Shown here: positions 7,988 to 16,884 of the stretch, one piece after another | Layout of the letters: every line of letters starts with the position of its first letter | Position numbering within the stretch: position 1 is the first letter of the stretch | From: a virus | Lineage: Duplodnaviria; Caudoviricetes | DNA length: 31,500 nucleotides | Strand: one strand, 5' to 3' | IMG/VR virus record: IMGVR_UViG_3300032320_002325 | Span: 1 to 31,500 of that record | Made by a program: the position numbers and the translations under genes | The notes under the pieces: generated by a model | Seen by the model: only the letters and a program-made list of their open reading frames with translations | Told to the model about the DNA's origin: nothing | The model's database searches: none

Positions 7988-8839
7988 ATGAACCGTTTTG
8001 AACAATTGATCGAATATGTGATCAACGACGAAGAGGCGAAAGCCCAAGAACTTTTCCATGACATCGTTGTGGAAAAAAGTCGCCAAATCTATGAAAACTT
8101 AATGGCTGAAGAAGCCGAAGAAGAATTAGATGAAGCTGCCGAAGAGGAGCTGGACGAAGCCGAAGAGGAAGAAGACCTTGACGAAGGCATGATGGGCGGT
8201 GACGCTGCTGATGACCTAATCGACAACGTTGAAACCGAAGAAGAAATGAGCATGGAAAGCGAAGATGATGCTGATGCTGAATTTGACGACGAAGCTGAAG
8301 AAGCTGGCGACGACTTAACACACGACATCGAAGGCATGCACGACGAAGGCGAAGCTGCTACCAAAGACGACATTATGAATTTAGAAGACAAACTGGACCA
8401 GTTGATGGCTGAGTTTGAAGCTGCTATGGGCGGCGATGATATGGGCATGGGAGACGGCGACGGATTTGGTCCTGAAGAAGGTGGCGATGCTATCGAAATG
8501 GACGACACCGGCGAAATGGAACCAGGCATGATGGAAGCCATCAGCTTGAAGGCAGCCCCAAAACCAGTTACCGCTGAACAAGGTAATGGCAAAGCAGGTC
8601 CTGTAGCATTTAACTCAGGTGCAACTGGCATGGCCAGCAAGCCTGTACACACTGGTACAGACGGTGGCGGTCATCATGACACCCCTGCTTATCGCAATTC
8701 AACCAAAGATTTGATTGGCAAAGTAGGTAATACACCTGCTCAATCAACACAAGATCTCAAGCCTGCTACCAAGCCACATTTGGGCCAAGCATCAGGTGTG
8801 AACAACAAGAGCCCACTGCCAAGCGGTCGTAAGGGTTAA
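7988..8839 (+). CDS. Highly acidic prohead core / internal scaffolding-type protein
   Basis: 283 aa, Glu/Asp-rich with repeated LDE and a Gly/Lys/Pro tail. Sits where T4 gp67/gp68 sit, between portal and protease. Confidence 0.65.
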   Translation: MNRFEQLIEYVINDEEAKAQELFHDIVVEKSRQIYENLMAEEAEEELDEAAEEELDEAEEEEDLDEGMMGGDAADDLIDNVETEEEMSMESEDDADAEFDDEAEEAGDDLTHDIEGMHDEGEAATKDDIMNLEDKLDQLMAEFEAAMGGDDMGMGDGDGFGPEEGGDAIEMDDTGEMEPGMMEAISLKAAPKPVTAEQGNGKAGPVAFNSGATGMASKPVHTGTDGGGHHDTPAYRNSTKDLIGKVGNTPAQSTQDLKPATKPHLGQASGVNNKSPLPSGRKG

Positions 8840-8843
8840 TTAG

Positions 8844-9482
8844 ATGTCATCTAGATACCTAAGGGAAGATCTTACTTTTAGCCAAGCCAACATCCAAGTT
8901 TTGGAAGAAGCTGATGTTGGCGGCAAGAAGCACCTCTATCTCAAAGGCATTTGCATTGAAGGCGACAAGAAGAATGCAAATGAGCGTATCTATCCTCGAC
9001 ACGAAATTATCAAGGCAGTTGAAACCATCAACGAGCAGATCCGTAACGGTAACTCCGTTTTAGGTGAAGTGGACCATCCAGACGATCTCAAGATTAACTT
9101 GGATCGTGTGTGCCACACAGTTGACGGCATGTGGATGGACGGACATGCTGGTTGCGGTAAGTTGAAAATTCTGCCAACCCCAATGGGTGAATTGATAAAG
9201 ACTCTGTTGACATCTGGCGTGAAGCTGGGTGTTAGCAGTCGTGGATCAGGTAATGTTGATGACAGAACCGGACATGTAAGTGACTTTGAAATCGTCACTA
9301 TAGATGTGGTTGCCCAACCCAGTGCTCCTAATGCATATCCTACAGCAATCTATGAAGGCCTCATGAACATGAAGCACGGTCATAGAATCTTAGAGATAGC
9401 TAGAGAGTCTGGTCAGGACGACAAAGTGAAGAAGTATCTCGCAGGTGAGGTTAAACGCCTTATCCGAGAACTTAAAATCTAA
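8844..9482 (+). CDS. gp21: Prohead protease, T4 gp21-like
   Basis: NANERIYP, LGEVDHP, GVSSRGSG and DVVAQPSAPNAY motifs. Confidence 0.95.
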   Translation: MSSRYLREDLTFSQANIQVLEEADVGGKKHLYLKGICIEGDKKNANERIYPRHEIIKAVETINEQIRNGNSVLGEVDHPDDLKINLDRVCHTVDGMWMDGHAGCGKLKILPTPMGELIKTLLTSGVKLGVSSRGSGNVDDRTGHVSDFEIVTIDVVAQPSAPNAYPTAIYEGLMNMKHGHRILEIARESGQDDKVKKYLAGEVKRLIRELKI

Positions 9483-9494
9483 GGAGAATGAGGC

Positions 9495-10589
9495 ATGTTT
9501 GATGCTATTAAACCATTGCTAGATAGCGGATTAATCAACGAAGATGTCAGTAAGGAACTCAACGAAGCTTGGGAATCTAAACTGACAGAAGCTCGTGAGA
9601 TGGTTCGTGCTGAACTTCGTGAGGAGTTTGCACAACGCTATGAGCACGACAAGTCAGTGATGGTAGAAGCCCTAGATAAGATGGTAACAGAAGGTCTCGC
9701 GGGAGAACTGGCTAACATTGCTGCCGAAAAGCGCAACTTGGCTGAAGACCGTGTGAAGTTTCAACACAAGATGAAAGAGTCAGCAACAAAGTTTAATAGC
9801 TTTTTGGTGACCAAACTGTCTGAAGAAATTTCTGAACTGCGCAAAGACCGTAAGATGCACGCCGAAGGTGTCAATAAACTTGAAAGCTTCGTAGTGCAGG
9901 CTCTAGCTAGAGAAATCACAGAATTCGCAAAAGACAAGCGTGATGTCGTAGAGACAAAAGTGCGTCTGGTGCGTGAGGCTCGTGAAAAGCTAGAAGGACT
10001 CAAATCACGATTCATCAAAGAATCTGCACAAAAAATGAGTTCTGCTGTTAGCCGTCACTTGAAGGCGGAACTGAACCAATTGCAAGAAGACATCAAAGTT
10101 GCTCGCGAGAACAATTTTGGTCGTCGTATCTTCGAAGCGTATGCTACCGAATTTGGTGCTACTCACTTAAATGAGAAAGCCGAAGTTCGTAAGTTGCATG
10201 ACAAAATTGCGCACAAGGATAAGAAATTGTCTGAGGCAATTCGTCTCACCGAGAAAGCCAAAGTCTTGGTTGAGAACAAAGAACGCGAACTGCGTATGAT
10301 CAAAGAATCCAATGAGCGTCAAAGCACAATGGATGAATTGCTGCGTCCCTTAAACAAGGAAAAGCAAGAAGTCATGCGTAATTTGCTCGAAAGCGTCCAA
10401 ACTACCCGTTTGAAAAACGCCTTTGAAAAGTATCTACCAGCAGTGTTGGAAGACCGATCAGTAAAAGCCCGCAAGGTGATCTCTGAGCAAGTATCCGCAG
10501 TTACCGGTGATAAGACAGCTCCACAAAAGTCAGAATCAGAAGAAGATCGCAGCAATGTGATTGATCTCAAGAGACTGGCTGGACTGTAA
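9495..10589 (+). CDS. gp22: Prohead core scaffold protein, T4 gp22-like
   Basis: 364-aa charged coiled-coil between protease and capsid genes; AAGGAG SD. Confidence 0.85.
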   Translation: MFDAIKPLLDSGLINEDVSKELNEAWESKLTEAREMVRAELREEFAQRYEHDKSVMVEALDKMVTEGLAGELANIAAEKRNLAEDRVKFQHKMKESATKFNSFLVTKLSEEISELRKDRKMHAEGVNKLESFVVQALAREITEFAKDKRDVVETKVRLVREAREKLEGLKSRFIKESAQKMSSAVSRHLKAELNQLQEDIKVARENNFGRRIFEAYATEFGATHLNEKAEVRKLHDKIAHKDKKLSEAIRLTEKAKVLVENKERELRMIKESNERQSTMDELLRPLNKEKQEVMRNLLESVQTTRLKNAFEKYLPAVLEDRSVKARKVISEQVSAVTGDKTAPQKSESEEDRSNVIDLKRLAGL

Positions 10590-10613
10590 TAAAAACAATT
10601 TTAGGAGACTTAA

Positions 10614-11810
10614 ATGTCAATGGAATTACTTGAAAGTCGCTGGGGCGAGACCAAAGAAGCACTGCTTGAAGGTCTAAACGGAACCAAGCGCAATTCGATG
10701 AGTGTTATCCTGGAAAACACCAAGCGTTACTTGAAAGAGAACGCAAGTGCTGGTAGCACCGCTTCTGGCAACATTGCCACACTTAACCGTGTGATTCTGC
10801 CAGTGATCCGTCGTGTGATGCCAACCGTTATCGCTAACGAGTTGGTTGGTGTTCAGCCAATGACCGGCCCTGTTGGTCAGATCCACACTCTGCGTGTTCG
10901 CTACGCACAAAGTTTGACTGATACTTCTGCTGCTGCAACTTCTGTTACAGCTGGCCAAGAAGCATTGTCACCCTTTACAATTGCTACTGCTTACTCTACT
11001 GTTCCTCAGAACACTACATCAACCAATGCTTACACTGGTGGCAACACAGCTACCATGGAAGGTACTGGCGGTAAGCAAATCAGCGTTCAAATCTTGAAAC
11101 AAGCTGTTGAAGCCAAGACCCGCAAGCTGCAAGCTCGCTGGACTTTTGAATCTGCACAAGACGCACAAGCCATGCATGGTATTGACGTTGAAGCAGAAAT
11201 CATGGCTGCTCTGGCACAAGAGATTACCGCTGAAATTGACCAAGAGATTCTTTTGAGCTTGCGCTCATTGGCTTCTACTGAGTTCACATACAACCAAGCT
11301 ACCGTTTCAGGTACAGCTACATTCGTTGGTGACGAACACGCCGCATTGGCAGTGTTGATCAACCGTGTTGCTAACTTGATCGCCCAACGTACTCGTCGTG
11401 GCGCTGGTAACTACGCTGTTGTTTCTTCAGCTGCTTTGACAGTGTTGCAATCTGCAACAACTTCAGCTTTTGCTCGTACCACAGAAGGTACCTTTGAAGC
11501 ACCTACAAACACTAAGTTTGTTGGTACATTGAACGGTTCTATGCGTGTGTTCGTTGACAGCTACGCTGCTGACACCACACCAGTTCTGGTTGGCTACAAA
11601 GGCTCTTCAGAAGCTGACGCACCAGCATTCTACTGCCCATACATTCCATTGATGAGCAGTGGTGTTGTTCTTGACCCAACAACATTCGAACCAGTCGTGA
11701 GCTTCATGACTCGTTACGGATACATCGAACTTACCAACACTGCAAGCAGCTTTGGTAACGCTGGTGACTATGTGGGCGAGATCGCTGTGTCTAACCTTTC
11801 ATTCTCCTAA
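10614..11810 (+). CDS. gp23: Major capsid protein, T4 gp23-like
   Basis: GVQPMTGPVGQI, EAKTRKLQARWT, EITAEID, FYCPYIPL and FMTRYG motifs; AGGAG SD. Confidence 0.97.
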   Translation: MSMELLESRWGETKEALLEGLNGTKRNSMSVILENTKRYLKENASAGSTASGNIATLNRVILPVIRRVMPTVIANELVGVQPMTGPVGQIHTLRVRYAQSLTDTSAAATSVTAGQEALSPFTIATAYSTVPQNTTSTNAYTGGNTATMEGTGGKQISVQILKQAVEAKTRKLQARWTFESAQDAQAMHGIDVEAEIMAALAQEITAEIDQEILLSLRSLASTEFTYNQATVSGTATFVGDEHAALAVLINRVANLIAQRTRRGAGNYAVVSSAALTVLQSATTSAFARTTEGTFEAPTNTKFVGTLNGSMRVFVDSYAADTTPVLVGYKGSSEADAPAFYCPYIPLMSSGVVLDPTTFEPVVSFMTRYGYIELTNTASSFGNAGDYVGEIAVSNLSFS

Positions 11811-11840
11811 TCAGAGAACCAACCCAGGGATGGGAAGGCA

Positions 11841-11865
11841 AAGAACCTGCTTCGGCAGGTTTTTT
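11841..11865 (+). terminator. Rho-independent terminator with cUUCGg tetraloop
   Basis: AACCTGC-TTCG-GCAGGTT followed by a T run, just after the capsid gene. Confidence 0.9.
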
Positions 11866-11871
11866 GTTGGC

Positions 11872-11877
11872 TAAGTA
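11872..11877 (+). promoter_or_regulatory. Late promoter core variant TAAGTA (desaturase, likely leaderless)
   Basis: Directly after the terminator, 5 nt before the ATG at 11883; no SD. Confidence 0.5.
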
Positions 11878-11882
11878 TTTGC

Positions 11883-12731
11883 ATGCAATTATTCAAACAC
11901 TCTGGTAGAGATGTATTTTTGTTAGTTCAAACTTTGGTAACTGTAACAGTACCATTGATATTTGCAATCTCTAATCCAGATGTTGTATGGTGGGTGTTGT
12001 TGTTACCACTACATGTTATGTTGATGTTGTGTTGTAACAATACATCGGTACACCATCATTCACATTGGGAAACGTTTAATAGTAAAATATTAAATCGTGT
12101 TTACGAGTGCGTGTTGTCAATCGCAGGTGCAACACCTGTACAAGTATATAGAAATTCACATTTGATTCACCACAAATTTGTAAACGATCCTCCAGAAAGC
12201 AAAGATATAATTAGTGTACTGGCCAATGGAACCAATGGGCATGCTGAAAACGTTTGGAAATTTTGCCTAGGCTGGACTGTGAAAACTAACTTTTTATATG
12301 GATGGGCAACTGGCAAAATAAAATCAATGCCACTGGTCAAACATGCACACTGGCAGAGAGAATCATACATGTTGGTAGTTTTTACAATGTTATTGTTATG
12401 GGTGAACTGGCAATATGCACTGTGGTGGTTTTTCGTAGTGTGCCCGGTCATGCAGTTTTTAAATGCCGCTTGGCATTACGGAGAACATTGGGGCGCACAT
12501 GATCGCAGAGGAGATACCACACAAGACTCTGTGGGTATCTACAATTGGTGGTACAATACTTTTTGTTTTAATTCTGGTTTACATCAAGAGCATCATCACA
12601 AGCCCGGCGTACATTGGGCCAAATTGCCATCTGTGACACCATTGTTGCACCCTGGCAGAGTCACAGCCAAGGGCATGCACATTTTTAATGTGCCCTGGCG
12701 TAAAGATTTTAAAAAGTTAGTTAAACTTTAA
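11883..12731 (+). CDS. Membrane fatty acid desaturase/hydroxylase superfamily protein
   Basis: Three His boxes (HHHSH, HLIHH, HQEHH) and hydrophobic transmembrane stretches. Confidence 0.88.
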   Translation: MQLFKHSGRDVFLLVQTLVTVTVPLIFAISNPDVVWWVLLLPLHVMLMLCCNNTSVHHHSHWETFNSKILNRVYECVLSIAGATPVQVYRNSHLIHHKFVNDPPESKDIISVLANGTNGHAENVWKFCLGWTVKTNFLYGWATGKIKSMPLVKHAHWQRESYMLVVFTMLLLWVNWQYALWWFFVVCPVMQFLNAAWHYGEHWGAHDRRGDTTQDSVGIYNWWYNTFCFNSGLHQEHHHKPGVHWAKLPSVTPLLHPGRVTAKGMHIFNVPWRKDFKKLVKL

Positions 12732-13869
12732 ACCAACTAAGATATTGTGCAATTTTCTTTGTGACACTGGACCAGTCATCTTGCACAGGTTGTCTAAACA
12801 GTCGCGCAGTTGAGTACCAAGGGCAGTCGTCGCGATTTAACAAATAACGCCAGTCTGTACCAAACCAGTTGAGCATGATCCAAGTGGGACGACCTAACGC
12901 ACCACTCAAGTGTGACACAGCGGTGTCTACCCCGATAACAACATCCATGGCCATGATCAGTGCCGCGGTGTCGGCAAAACTTTGTATTGTGCCTGGGAAT
13001 CTACTCACGCCGGCTGCGGCCAACTCAGATTCTTCTTCCTCGCTGGCATCAATTTGCAAGTTCACCCATTCATATTGTGGGTTGGCTTTGATCAAATCTA
13101 ACATCACTGGGAACGGCATGCCTTTGTGTTCGTTCAGCCAGTTGTCTTTCCTGCCACTCCAGCAAAATCCCACTCGCATGCGATTCTTTGGACCCAGGCG
13201 TTGCAACCACTCTTGTTGTTTGCCCATGTCTGCATTGAGATAGTTTACAGGTCTTGGCAAGTTTTCTAGTGTCACCCCAATGATACCAGGGATACTCATG
13301 ATAGGGGTCCAGTAATCAAAGTCGCCTACATCATCCACATATCTTCCAATGGTTTCAATCAATGGACTGCCCGCAAACAACGGAATAAGCGAGTCTGTGA
13401 CTTTGAGTTTGATCTTAGCACCCAGAACATGAAGATTGTAGATAAATCTTATGAACTGAATGTTGTCACCGTGACCTTGTTCGCCTTCCACAAGGATAGT
13501 TTTATCTTTGAGTTCTTGTCCAGTCCAACGAGGTTGTGCGTATTTAGGCAGTTGACCAGCTAGGTGTTCGTAGTTCCAGCGTGTTTCGTACTGTTGCCAA
13601 CCAGCTTGATAGTTGCCCAATTGCAACAATGCCACAGCAAGATTGAATTGTGCTGTGGCTGATGTGGGCTCTAGTATAATGGCGTGTTGTAAAAATGGTA
13701 TGGCTCTAGCAGGTTGCCCGCACTCTCTCATGACATTGCCATAGTTGTTCCAGGCTGCTGAAGATTCTGGATCTTCAACAAATGCTTGAGCGTAACATTT
13801 GAGAGCTTCTAGCGGGCGATGTTGTGCTCTAAGGTCGTTGCCTTGAGCGATAAGAGTGTTTGTGTCCAT
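12721..13869 (-). CDS. TPR-repeat glycosyltransferase (GT-B, GT9/FlmG-like)
   Basis: N-terminal TPRs (AWNNYGNVM, AQFNLAVALL), EQGHGDNIQF, and FADTAALI..DVVIGVDTAVSHLSGALGRPTW...DWRY...PWY..ARLFRQ. Confidence 0.85.
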   Translation of the reverse strand: MDTNTLIAQGNDLRAQHRPLEALKCYAQAFVEDPESSAAWNNYGNVMRECGQPARAIPFLQHAIILEPTSATAQFNLAVALLQLGNYQAGWQQYETRWNYEHLAGQLPKYAQPRWTGQELKDKTILVEGEQGHGDNIQFIRFIYNLHVLGAKIKLKVTDSLIPLFAGSPLIETIGRYVDDVGDFDYWTPIMSIPGIIGVTLENLPRPVNYLNADMGKQQEWLQRLGPKNRMRVGFCWSGRKDNWLNEHKGMPFPVMLDLIKANPQYEWVNLQIDASEEEESELAAAGVSRFPGTIQSFADTAALIMAMDVVIGVDTAVSHLSGALGRPTWIMLNWFGTDWRYLLNRDDCPWYSTARLFRQPVQDDWSSVTKKIAQYLSWFKV

Positions 13870-13874
13870 GGGTA

Positions 13875-13880
13875 TATTTA
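13875..13880 (-). promoter_or_regulatory. Late promoter core TAAATA (TPR glycosyltransferase, likely leaderless)
   Basis: Reads TATTTA on +; 5 nt before the minus-strand ATG at 13869. Confidence 0.55.
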
Positions 13881-13911
13881 ATGTGCAGTTTAGGCCATTT
13901 TACGTTTTTGC

Positions 13912-13995
13912 TAAATACTTGTCAACGCAATACGGCGTTTTATGCAGGTAGCCCCTGCGTAGCGGCTAGAACCCGCATTGGGCTTCTATAAGGAG
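13912..13995 (+). promoter_or_regulatory. Late promoter plus structured 5' leader (three hairpins, pseudoknot abutting the SD)
   Basis: TAAATA at 13912-13917. Stems 13924-28/35-39, 13941-48/54-61 and 13962-65/73-76. Loop TAGAA (13967-71) is complementary to TTCTA (13984-88), next to AAGGAG. Confidence 0.55.
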
Positions 13996-14002
13996 AAATC
14001 AA

Positions 14003-14824
14003 ATGGCAAGAGCTCTAAAAATTCAAAAGTATGGTACCGCACAAGGTATCACAATCAATTCTAACGGCACAGTAAATCAACCTGCTGCCGCCGTAGCAAT
14101 CGATCAAGGTTACCCAAACTTTGGATCATTGACTGATCCAGTATACAATGAACCAGTACAAACACTCAGTCCTGCTGACTTCTTGGGCGTGGTCGGTGGT
14201 TTGAGCACCGCAGCTACATCAGCAACTTATCCTATCATTCTTCCACAAGTTAATATCAGCCTGTCTGATGGCAGTTCAACTGGTGCAGGCAATGGTCGTT
14301 TGATTCGTCAAAAGGGCGCACACAAGTTTTTGGTAGCTTATGTTGCCAGCGCCACAGCTGATGAAAGTTTCATTGTGGGTCAAGCCTATAGTGTTGCTGT
14401 TGTGGGCACAACCGATTGGGCAGCAGTTGGCGCAGGAACAAATGTGGCAGTTGGTGATATTTTCACTGCTACTGCTGTTGGTTCTGGTTCTGGTACAGCA
14501 TATCCAGTTGGCATCTGCGTGTTGTCAAATACAGGCACTCCAACAGCTGGTAACATGAGTATTGAATACTCAGTAGGCGACAGTTCTGCTGTGTATGCCA
14601 GTTATATTACCAACAAGTGGGTTCGTGACTGGAATGGCATGACTTATCAGAACTACAGTAATAGTAACGCTGGTACTAACATTCAAAGTGGCGAAAACTT
14701 CTATCCTGTGAACTTCTTCACAGACGAAGGTACCGTTACATGGTCTGGTGCAGAAGTTATCAACGGCGCCAATGCTCAGAACGGCAGCCTACAGTTGGCA
14801 CAAGTGGTCAAAACTACAAGCTAA
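14003..14824 (+). CDS. Putative virion structural protein (unknown function)
   Basis: 273 aa, rich in Gly/Thr/Ser/Ala/Val; strong SD; late promoter; IRQKGAHKFLV motif. Confidence 0.65.
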   Translation: MARALKIQKYGTAQGITINSNGTVNQPAAAVAIDQGYPNFGSLTDPVYNEPVQTLSPADFLGVVGGLSTAATSATYPIILPQVNISLSDGSSTGAGNGRLIRQKGAHKFLVAYVASATADESFIVGQAYSVAVVGTTDWAAVGAGTNVAVGDIFTATAVGSGSGTAYPVGICVLSNTGTPTAGNMSIEYSVGDSSAVYASYITNKWVRDWNGMTYQNYSNSNAGTNIQSGENFYPVNFFTDEGTVTWSGAEVINGANAQNGSLQLAQVVKTTS

Positions 14825-14841
14825 TTAGATTTGATCCTACC

Positions 14842-14873
14842 ATCCTCCTTGCTAACTACAAGGAGGATTTTTT
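14842..14873 (+). terminator. Terminator-like hairpin that also sequesters the next gene's SD
   Basis: ATCCTCCTTG-CTAACTA-CAAGGAGGAT, 10-bp stem, then TTTTT and the ATG at 14874. Confidence 0.7.
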
Positions 14874-15446
14874 ATGAGCACAGCATTTGTATTAGGTAAT
14901 GGAGTCAGCAGACAAGGTGTCAATTTAGAACACTTGCGCACTCACGGCACAATCTATGGGTGTAATGCGTTGTATAGAGATTTTACGCCAGATGTACTGA
15001 TTGCCACAGACCGCCCAATTAGTGAGCAGATACAGCACAGCGGATACCCACTCAAACACAAATTCTACACTAGAAAACCACTTGATGGACTTGGCGCACA
15101 TCGTGTGCCTGAACAATACTGGGGATACAGTTCTGGACCACTGGCAGCTGCCATTGCAACCGGGGATAAACATCTAACTATCTATTTGCTGGGATTTGAT
15201 ATGGCTGGTGTCAACAACAGATTTAACAATGTGTATGCGGACTCAGAATTTTACAAAAAAAGTGCCTCAACCCCAACTTACACTGGCAACTGGGAACGTC
15301 AACTGCTCAAAGTCATGCAAGATTATCCACACACAAACTTCATCAGAGTACACGGGGCAGTCACAGCAGATGTGGAAGAGTTCCACAAACACCCCCGATA
15401 CTCACGCCTAAACATAGCAGAATTTCAAAAGTTATTTGGAGTTTGA
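14874..15446 (+). CDS. Maf/DUF115 (MptE-like, sialyltransferase-fold) putative transferase
   Basis: AFVLGNGVSR, YGCNALY, PDVLIATD, SSGPLAAAIA and IYLLGFDM motifs. Confidence 0.65.
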   Translation: MSTAFVLGNGVSRQGVNLEHLRTHGTIYGCNALYRDFTPDVLIATDRPISEQIQHSGYPLKHKFYTRKPLDGLGAHRVPEQYWGYSSGPLAAAIATGDKHLTIYLLGFDMAGVNNRFNNVYADSEFYKKSASTPTYTGNWERQLLKVMQDYPHTNFIRVHGAVTADVEEFHKHPRYSRLNIAEFQKLFGV

Positions 15447-15473
15447 CCCAACTCAGCAAGGCTCTGGTTCTGG

Positions 15474-15479
15474 TAAATA
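15474..15479 (+). promoter_or_regulatory. Late promoter core TAAATA (fibre operon)
   Basis: Intergenic motif upstream of the ATG at 15502. Confidence 0.5.
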
Positions 15480-15501
15480 TACCATAGGATCAAGATTCAG
15501 C

Positions 15502-16866
15502 ATGAGTGAACCACAACAAATAATCAATGTAGGCCAAGTCGCCAATGACGGTACCGGCGAATCCTTGCGCGATGCATTTAACGCTGTAAACAATAATTTT
15601 GCCAACGTTTGGGCAGCTGGACCTGTAGACTCACAAGTTGTAATCAGCAACAATCGGATCAGTACCAACGAAACCAATCTTGATCTTGTGCTAGCCGGCA
15701 ATGGTGTTGGTAATGTGGTTTTGAGCAGTACCACAGTGCCCAGTATCGATTCTGTGTACGACATTGGTAGCCCAGTTAGATACTTTGATACCACTTACAG
15801 CAGATACTATTATGGCAACGGTGCGTTTCTAACTGGCATCAGTGGCGGCGGGAATGCCAACTATTCAAATGCCAATGTAGCCGCATATCTTCCAACTTAT
15901 ACAGGTAACTTGGTCAGCTTGACTGGACCGGTAGTAACAACTGCTAATGTCACTGGTGGAAATATTAGAACTGCTGGCTCTGTATCAGCAACAGGCAATA
16001 TCACCGGTGCTAATGTTATTGCTGCTTTGTATGCAGGCAACACAGTTTCAGTATCAGGCAATATTACTGGTGCTAATTTAAATCTCTCAGGCAATCTCAG
16101 TATTGCTGGAAATGTAAATTCAGCATTAACTGTTCGTGCCAATATCACTGGCACCAACGTCATAACTGGCGGTAATGTATATGCAACTTATTTTATTGGC
16201 AATGGCAGTCAACTAACAGGCATTGTAGTGTCTGGCGGCAGTTCAATCAACAATGGCAATAGTAATGTAAGAATTGGTGGTGTCAATTCCAATGTTACTG
16301 TTGGGGTCAACAATGTTAGCAATGTAGCAGTCTTTACCACAACTGGAATGAGCGTTGCAGGCAATGTCACGGCTGCTAATTTCATTGGTAATATCACTGG
16401 AAATTTAACTGTCTCAGGTGCCAATACTGAAGTGTTGTTCAACAACAACGGAGTTGTTGGTACTGCCAATGCATTCACGTTCAATTCTGCCACAAGTGTA
16501 CTATCAGTTAATGGCAATGTGTTGGGCGGCAATTTTGTAGGCAATGGTCAAGCACTGACCAGTGTGATGGCCGATCGTGGTAACGACACAAACAATTGGA
16601 ACACGCTGACTCAAATGGGCGTGTATACGGTAAATAGAACAAGTTGGTCTGGAACTATTGGCACTCCGTTGGACAGTCAAGTTTTTGTAGGGTTATTGGA
16701 AGTGGTAAACAGCACTAATACTGCAATTGAGCAGGTGTTTTACCCAGGTACCGTGGATAGTACTAATGTAAAAATCCAGTGGAACCGTGCGTATTGGTCA
16801 GGAACTTGGACAGGTTGGGTGCGTATTGTGAACGATTTCCAGGTAGTAACTGGTGGTGAGTTTTGA
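15502..16866 (+). CDS. Baseplate-attached fibre: gp9/gp10-like N-terminus, GN repeats, pyocin-knob-like C-terminus
   Basis: QQIINVG..ANDGTGESLRDAF..VNNNF at the start; WNTLTQMGVY...GLLEV...QVFYP...WTGW at the end. ATG 15502 preferred over the ORF-track start at 15436. Confidence 0.75.
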   Translation: MSEPQQIINVGQVANDGTGESLRDAFNAVNNNFANVWAAGPVDSQVVISNNRISTNETNLDLVLAGNGVGNVVLSSTTVPSIDSVYDIGSPVRYFDTTYSRYYYGNGAFLTGISGGGNANYSNANVAAYLPTYTGNLVSLTGPVVTTANVTGGNIRTAGSVSATGNITGANVIAALYAGNTVSVSGNITGANLNLSGNLSIAGNVNSALTVRANITGTNVITGGNVYATYFIGNGSQLTGIVVSGGSSINNGNSNVRIGGVNSNVTVGVNNVSNVAVFTTTGMSVAGNVTAANFIGNITGNLTVSGANTEVLFNNNGVVGTANAFTFNSATSVLSVNGNVLGGNFVGNGQALTSVMADRGNDTNNWNTLTQMGVYTVNRTSWSGTIGTPLDSQVFVGLLEVVNSTNTAIEQVFYPGTVDSTNVKIQWNRAYWSGTWTGWVRIVNDFQVVTGGEF

Positions 16867-16884
16867 AAAATTTAGGAAAATAAA

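Noticed and set aside
8022-11362. Minus-strand ORFs opposite the head genes (e.g. the Ser-rich 8089-8652)
   Set aside because: Antisense shadows of Glu/Asp-rich or highly biased coding sequence.
5891-11810. Introns or inteins in head genes
   Set aside because: ORFs are continuous and of normal or short length, with no intein splice motifs seen.
15436-15501. ORF-track N-terminal extensions (also 2809-2847, 28681-28686, 28980-29000)
   Set aside because: These use non-ATG starts lying within or upstream of promoter motifs, or at the predicted transcript start; downstream ATGs fit the SD, promoter and domain boundaries better.
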